A stretch of DNA of 64,000 nucleotides from positions 44,337 through 108,336 of the forward strand of contig JARWZU010000061.1 in the NCBI GenBank assembly GCA_029866215.1. The letters are read 5' to 3'. Below, piece after piece: positions 61,497 through 64,000 of this stretch. Positions within the stretch are counted from its first letter, which is position 1, and every line of letters starts with the position of its first letter. The DNA is from Akkermansiaceae bacterium (GTDB lineage: Bacteria; Verrucomicrobiota; Verrucomicrobiia; Verrucomicrobiales; Akkermansiaceae). The notes under the pieces were generated by a model. It was not told the DNA's origin and made no database searches. It saw only the letters and a program-made list of their open reading frames with translations. Both the position numbers and the translations under genes were made by a program.

Positions 61497-64000
61497 CGGC
61501 AGAATTGCCCGTGTTTGAAATCGCCAGCGATCTGGTGGCCGCAATGAGCCACGGCAACCGCTCACGCCTACTCCTCAAGGCCCCCACCGGATCTGGCAAG
61601 TCCACCTCGGTGCCGGGAATGCTAGTCGATGCAAACATCGCGGGTAAAATCCTCGTGATCGAACCCCGCCGCATGGCTGCACGCCTGCTCGCTGGTTGGG
61701 TCGCAAAACAACGTCAAACCCCACTCGGCGACGAGGTCGGCTACGCCGTTCGATTCGATTCGAAGTACCGTGCCGAAACTCGAATCATCTACCTAACCGA
61801 CGGGGTGTTCCAACGTTGGATTCAAGACAATCCTGACCTAACGGGTGTTGGAGCAGTGGTGTTCGATGAGTTCCACGAGCGGAGGCTCGCCGTCGATATC
61901 GCCTTGGCTCGCTGTCTCGACCTGCAGGACGGATCGCGCCCGGACCTGCGCGTGGTGGTGATGTCCGCCACCCTCGAAACCGCCGGCCTCGCAGACTACC
62001 TCGCACCCGCAGTCTCACTCGAAACCGGCGGACGCACCTACCCCGTCGATGTCCTCTATCGGGCAGAACGACCCACCCCGAACGACCGCCGTGGCGGACC
62101 TCCGCGTGAGACTCCCATCTGGGAAAAAATGGTCACGGTCTGCCGTGAAGCGATGGCCATGCCAGACGCTGGAAACATTCTGATGTTCCTGCCCGGCACG
62201 CACGAGATCCGACGCACGATCGAGCTATTAGAAAACAATCCCGCCGCTCGCGGTTGGGACGTTTTCCCCCTCTACAGCGCCCTGCCTCCCGCAGCTCAAG
62301 AAGCGGCCATCTCACCCAGCACCCGCCCGAAGATCATCGTCGCCACGAATGTCGCAGAAACCTCGCTCACGATCCATGGTGTGCGGACGGTGATCGATTC
62401 TGGTCTCGCCCGCACCGCTTCGTTCGAGCCACGCCGCGGCATCAACACACTGCTCATCCGCAAAATCTCGCGCGCCGCAGCCGAGCAACGCGCAGGCCGT
62501 GCAGGCCGCACCGCACCTGGCCGCGCCTTCCGCTTGTGGAGCGAAGCGGATCACGCACGACGCGCGGAATTCGAGGCGCCAGAAGTCCACCGCGTGGATC
62601 TAGCAGAAGCGGTGCTTTTACTGAAAGCCGCCGGAGTGCCTGCCATACGGGACTTCCGCTGGTTCGACCGCCCATTAGAAGAATCACTCAGCCGCGCGGA
62701 ACGCCTGCTCCACGATCTGGGCGCACTCGATGCCGATGGTGCCCTCACCGACGAAGGCCGCAAGATGGCGTCGCTGCCGTTAGAACCTCGTTTCTCCCGC
62801 CTGATGCTCGCCGGGCACGAACACGGCTGCGTCGCGGAAACCGCCTTCATCGCCGCAACGGTCCAAGGCGAAGGAATCTTCACCAACACCCGTGGTGCCA
62901 CCGGCTGCAAGGATTTCCGCTTCCCAGATGACGACTCAGACTTCGCCGCCGAGTGGCGGGCCTTCGAGTCGGCAGAGGCCATGAGCTTTGACCCAAGGCG
63001 CTGCGATGCCATCGGCGTGATGGCTCGAAGCGCTCGCGAAATCGCCCAAGGCTTCGACCGCCTCGGATCGCTTGCGAAACGTTTCGGCTGGGATTGGCAC
63101 GCCGTCGATTTCAAAGCCAACCGCGAAGCGATCGGCAAGGCGATGCTCGCGGCCTTCAGCGACCAGCTCGCGATGCGCCTCAGCCAAGGCACTCTCGCCT
63201 GCAGGCTCGTCGGAAATCGCAAGGGCAAGCTGGATGATGAATCTTGTGCTCGAAATGCTCCCGCCTTCGTGGCCGCCGAGATCACCGAGGTCGAGGCACG
63301 CGAGATCATCGTCCATCTCCGCCGCGCGACGGCCATCGATCCCGCATGGCTTGAGGAACTTTTCCCAGATGATTTCCGAACATCCAACGGATCCGCATTC
63401 GACGAATCCCGCCGCCGAGTCGTCTCGCGTAAGGAAATCCGCTTCCGCGATCTGGTGCTCGACGCGAAGGAGAGCGACCACGGCGTGAACCTCGATCAGG
63501 CGGCCGAAATCCTTGCCCTGCGGGTGCTCTCAGGGGATCTCATTTTGAAAAACTGGGACGACTCGGTGACGCAGTGGACCGCTCGCCTCGCCTCGCTCGG
63601 CACCTGGAGGCCCGAACTGGGAATGCCGGGTTGGTCAGACCAGGACCGGGCGGATGCCATCGCGCAAATCTGCCATGGTTCGGTGAGCTACAAGGAAATC
63701 AAAGAGGCCAATGTCTGGCGGATCTTGCGCGAATGGCTCAGCCACGAACAACGCGCCGCACTCGACTCCTACTGCCCAGAACGCATCACGCTACCGAACG
63801 GGCAATCCGCCAAGGTCACCTACACGCTTGGCATGGATCCCTTCGTCTCGATCCGTGTCTCTCACCTCTTCGGCATCTGGGAAACTCCAATGATCGCTGG
63901 CGGTCGCATCCCGCTCCTCATTCACATCCTCACACCCGGCCAAAAACCTTGGCAAATGACCAAGGATCTCAAGGGCTTCTGGCAATCTGGCTACGCCCAG
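61493..64000 (+). CDS. hrpB: ATP-dependent RNA helicase HrpB; runs off the right edge
   Basis: Not in the ORF track; ATG 61493, APTGSGKST, EPRR, DEFHER, MSATL, ATNVAETSLTI, QRAGRAGR, ends DLKGFWQSGYAQ in frame. Confidence 0.94.
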   Translation, partial: MTAELPVFEIASDLVAAMSHGNRSRLLLKAPTGSGKSTSVPGMLVDANIAGKILVIEPRRMAARLLAGWVAKQRQTPLGDEVGYAVRFDSKYRAETRIIYLTDGVFQRWIQDNPDLTGVGAVVFDEFHERRLAVDIALARCLDLQDGSRPDLRVVVMSATLETAGLADYLAPAVSLETGGRTYPVDVLYRAERPTPNDRRGGPPRETPIWEKMVTVCREAMAMPDAGNILMFLPGTHEIRRTIELLENNPAARGWDVFPLYSALPPAAQEAAISPSTRPKIIVATNVAETSLTIHGVRTVIDSGLARTASFEPRRGINTLLIRKISRAAAEQRAGRAGRTAPGRAFRLWSEADHARRAEFEAPEVHRVDLAEAVLLLKAAGVPAIRDFRWFDRPLEESLSRAERLLHDLGALDADGALTDEGRKMASLPLEPRFSRLMLAGHEHGCVAETAFIAATVQGEGIFTNTRGATGCKDFRFPDDDSDFAAEWRAFESAEAMSFDPRRCDAIGVMARSAREIAQGFDRLGSLAKRFGWDWHAVDFKANREAIGKAMLAAFSDQLAMRLSQGTLACRLVGNRKGKLDDESCARNAPAFVAAEITEVEAREIIVHLRRATAIDPAWLEELFPDDFRTSNGSAFDESRRRVVSRKEIRFRDLVLDAKESDHGVNLDQAAEILALRVLSGDLILKNWDDSVTQWTARLASLGTWRPELGMPGWSDQDRADAIAQICHGSVSYKEIKEANVWRILREWLSHEQRAALDSYCPERITLPNGQSAKVTYTLGMDPFVSIRVSHLFGIWETPMIAGGRIPLLIHILTPGQKPWQMTKDLKGFWQSGYAQ

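Overview
Mostly core bacterial chromosome, about 56 CDS, with no rRNA, tRNA, CRISPR array or intact mobile element recognised. Gene content and protein style suggest Verrucomicrobiota (Luteolibacter/Haloferula-like); this is inference from motif recall, and no database was searched. Order: CPA2 antiporter (partial), ygfZ, beta-hydroxyacid dehydrogenase, exported hypothetical, internally deleted yebC, rho with a ~280-aa disordered N-terminus, fabG, sixA, parA, mreBCD-mrdA-rng. An AT-richer accessory patch follows (wHTH regulator divergent from sbtA across a perfect palindrome; SYLF lipoprotein divergent from an AraC regulator). Then pyk, deoC-ALDH-half ALDH, mscL, sigma54-driven glnB, a sulfate regulon (Rrf2-yezD-structured spacer-frameshifted porin-sbp-cysTWA), nnr, amidase, HNH, and a phosphate regulon (porin-pstSCAB-pstB-phoU). 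The rest holds mtnP, an atypical AKR, tal, an ECF sigma, rplU-rpmA, a PHP histidinol phosphatase, a divergent pta, a decayed type I R-M locus (hsdM and rhuM fragments around a 21/42-bp minisatellite), rhomboid, ubiE, clpB, TPR protein, nadE, cdaA with an unannotated 56-aa CdaR-like membrane peptide, DAHP synthase, tlyA, panC and hrpB (partial). Best leads: the wHTH-operator-SbtA bicarbonate module, the mini-CdaR, the histone-like/QN-rich Rho, the structured spacer in the sulfate operon, and the R-M scar with its minisatellite.
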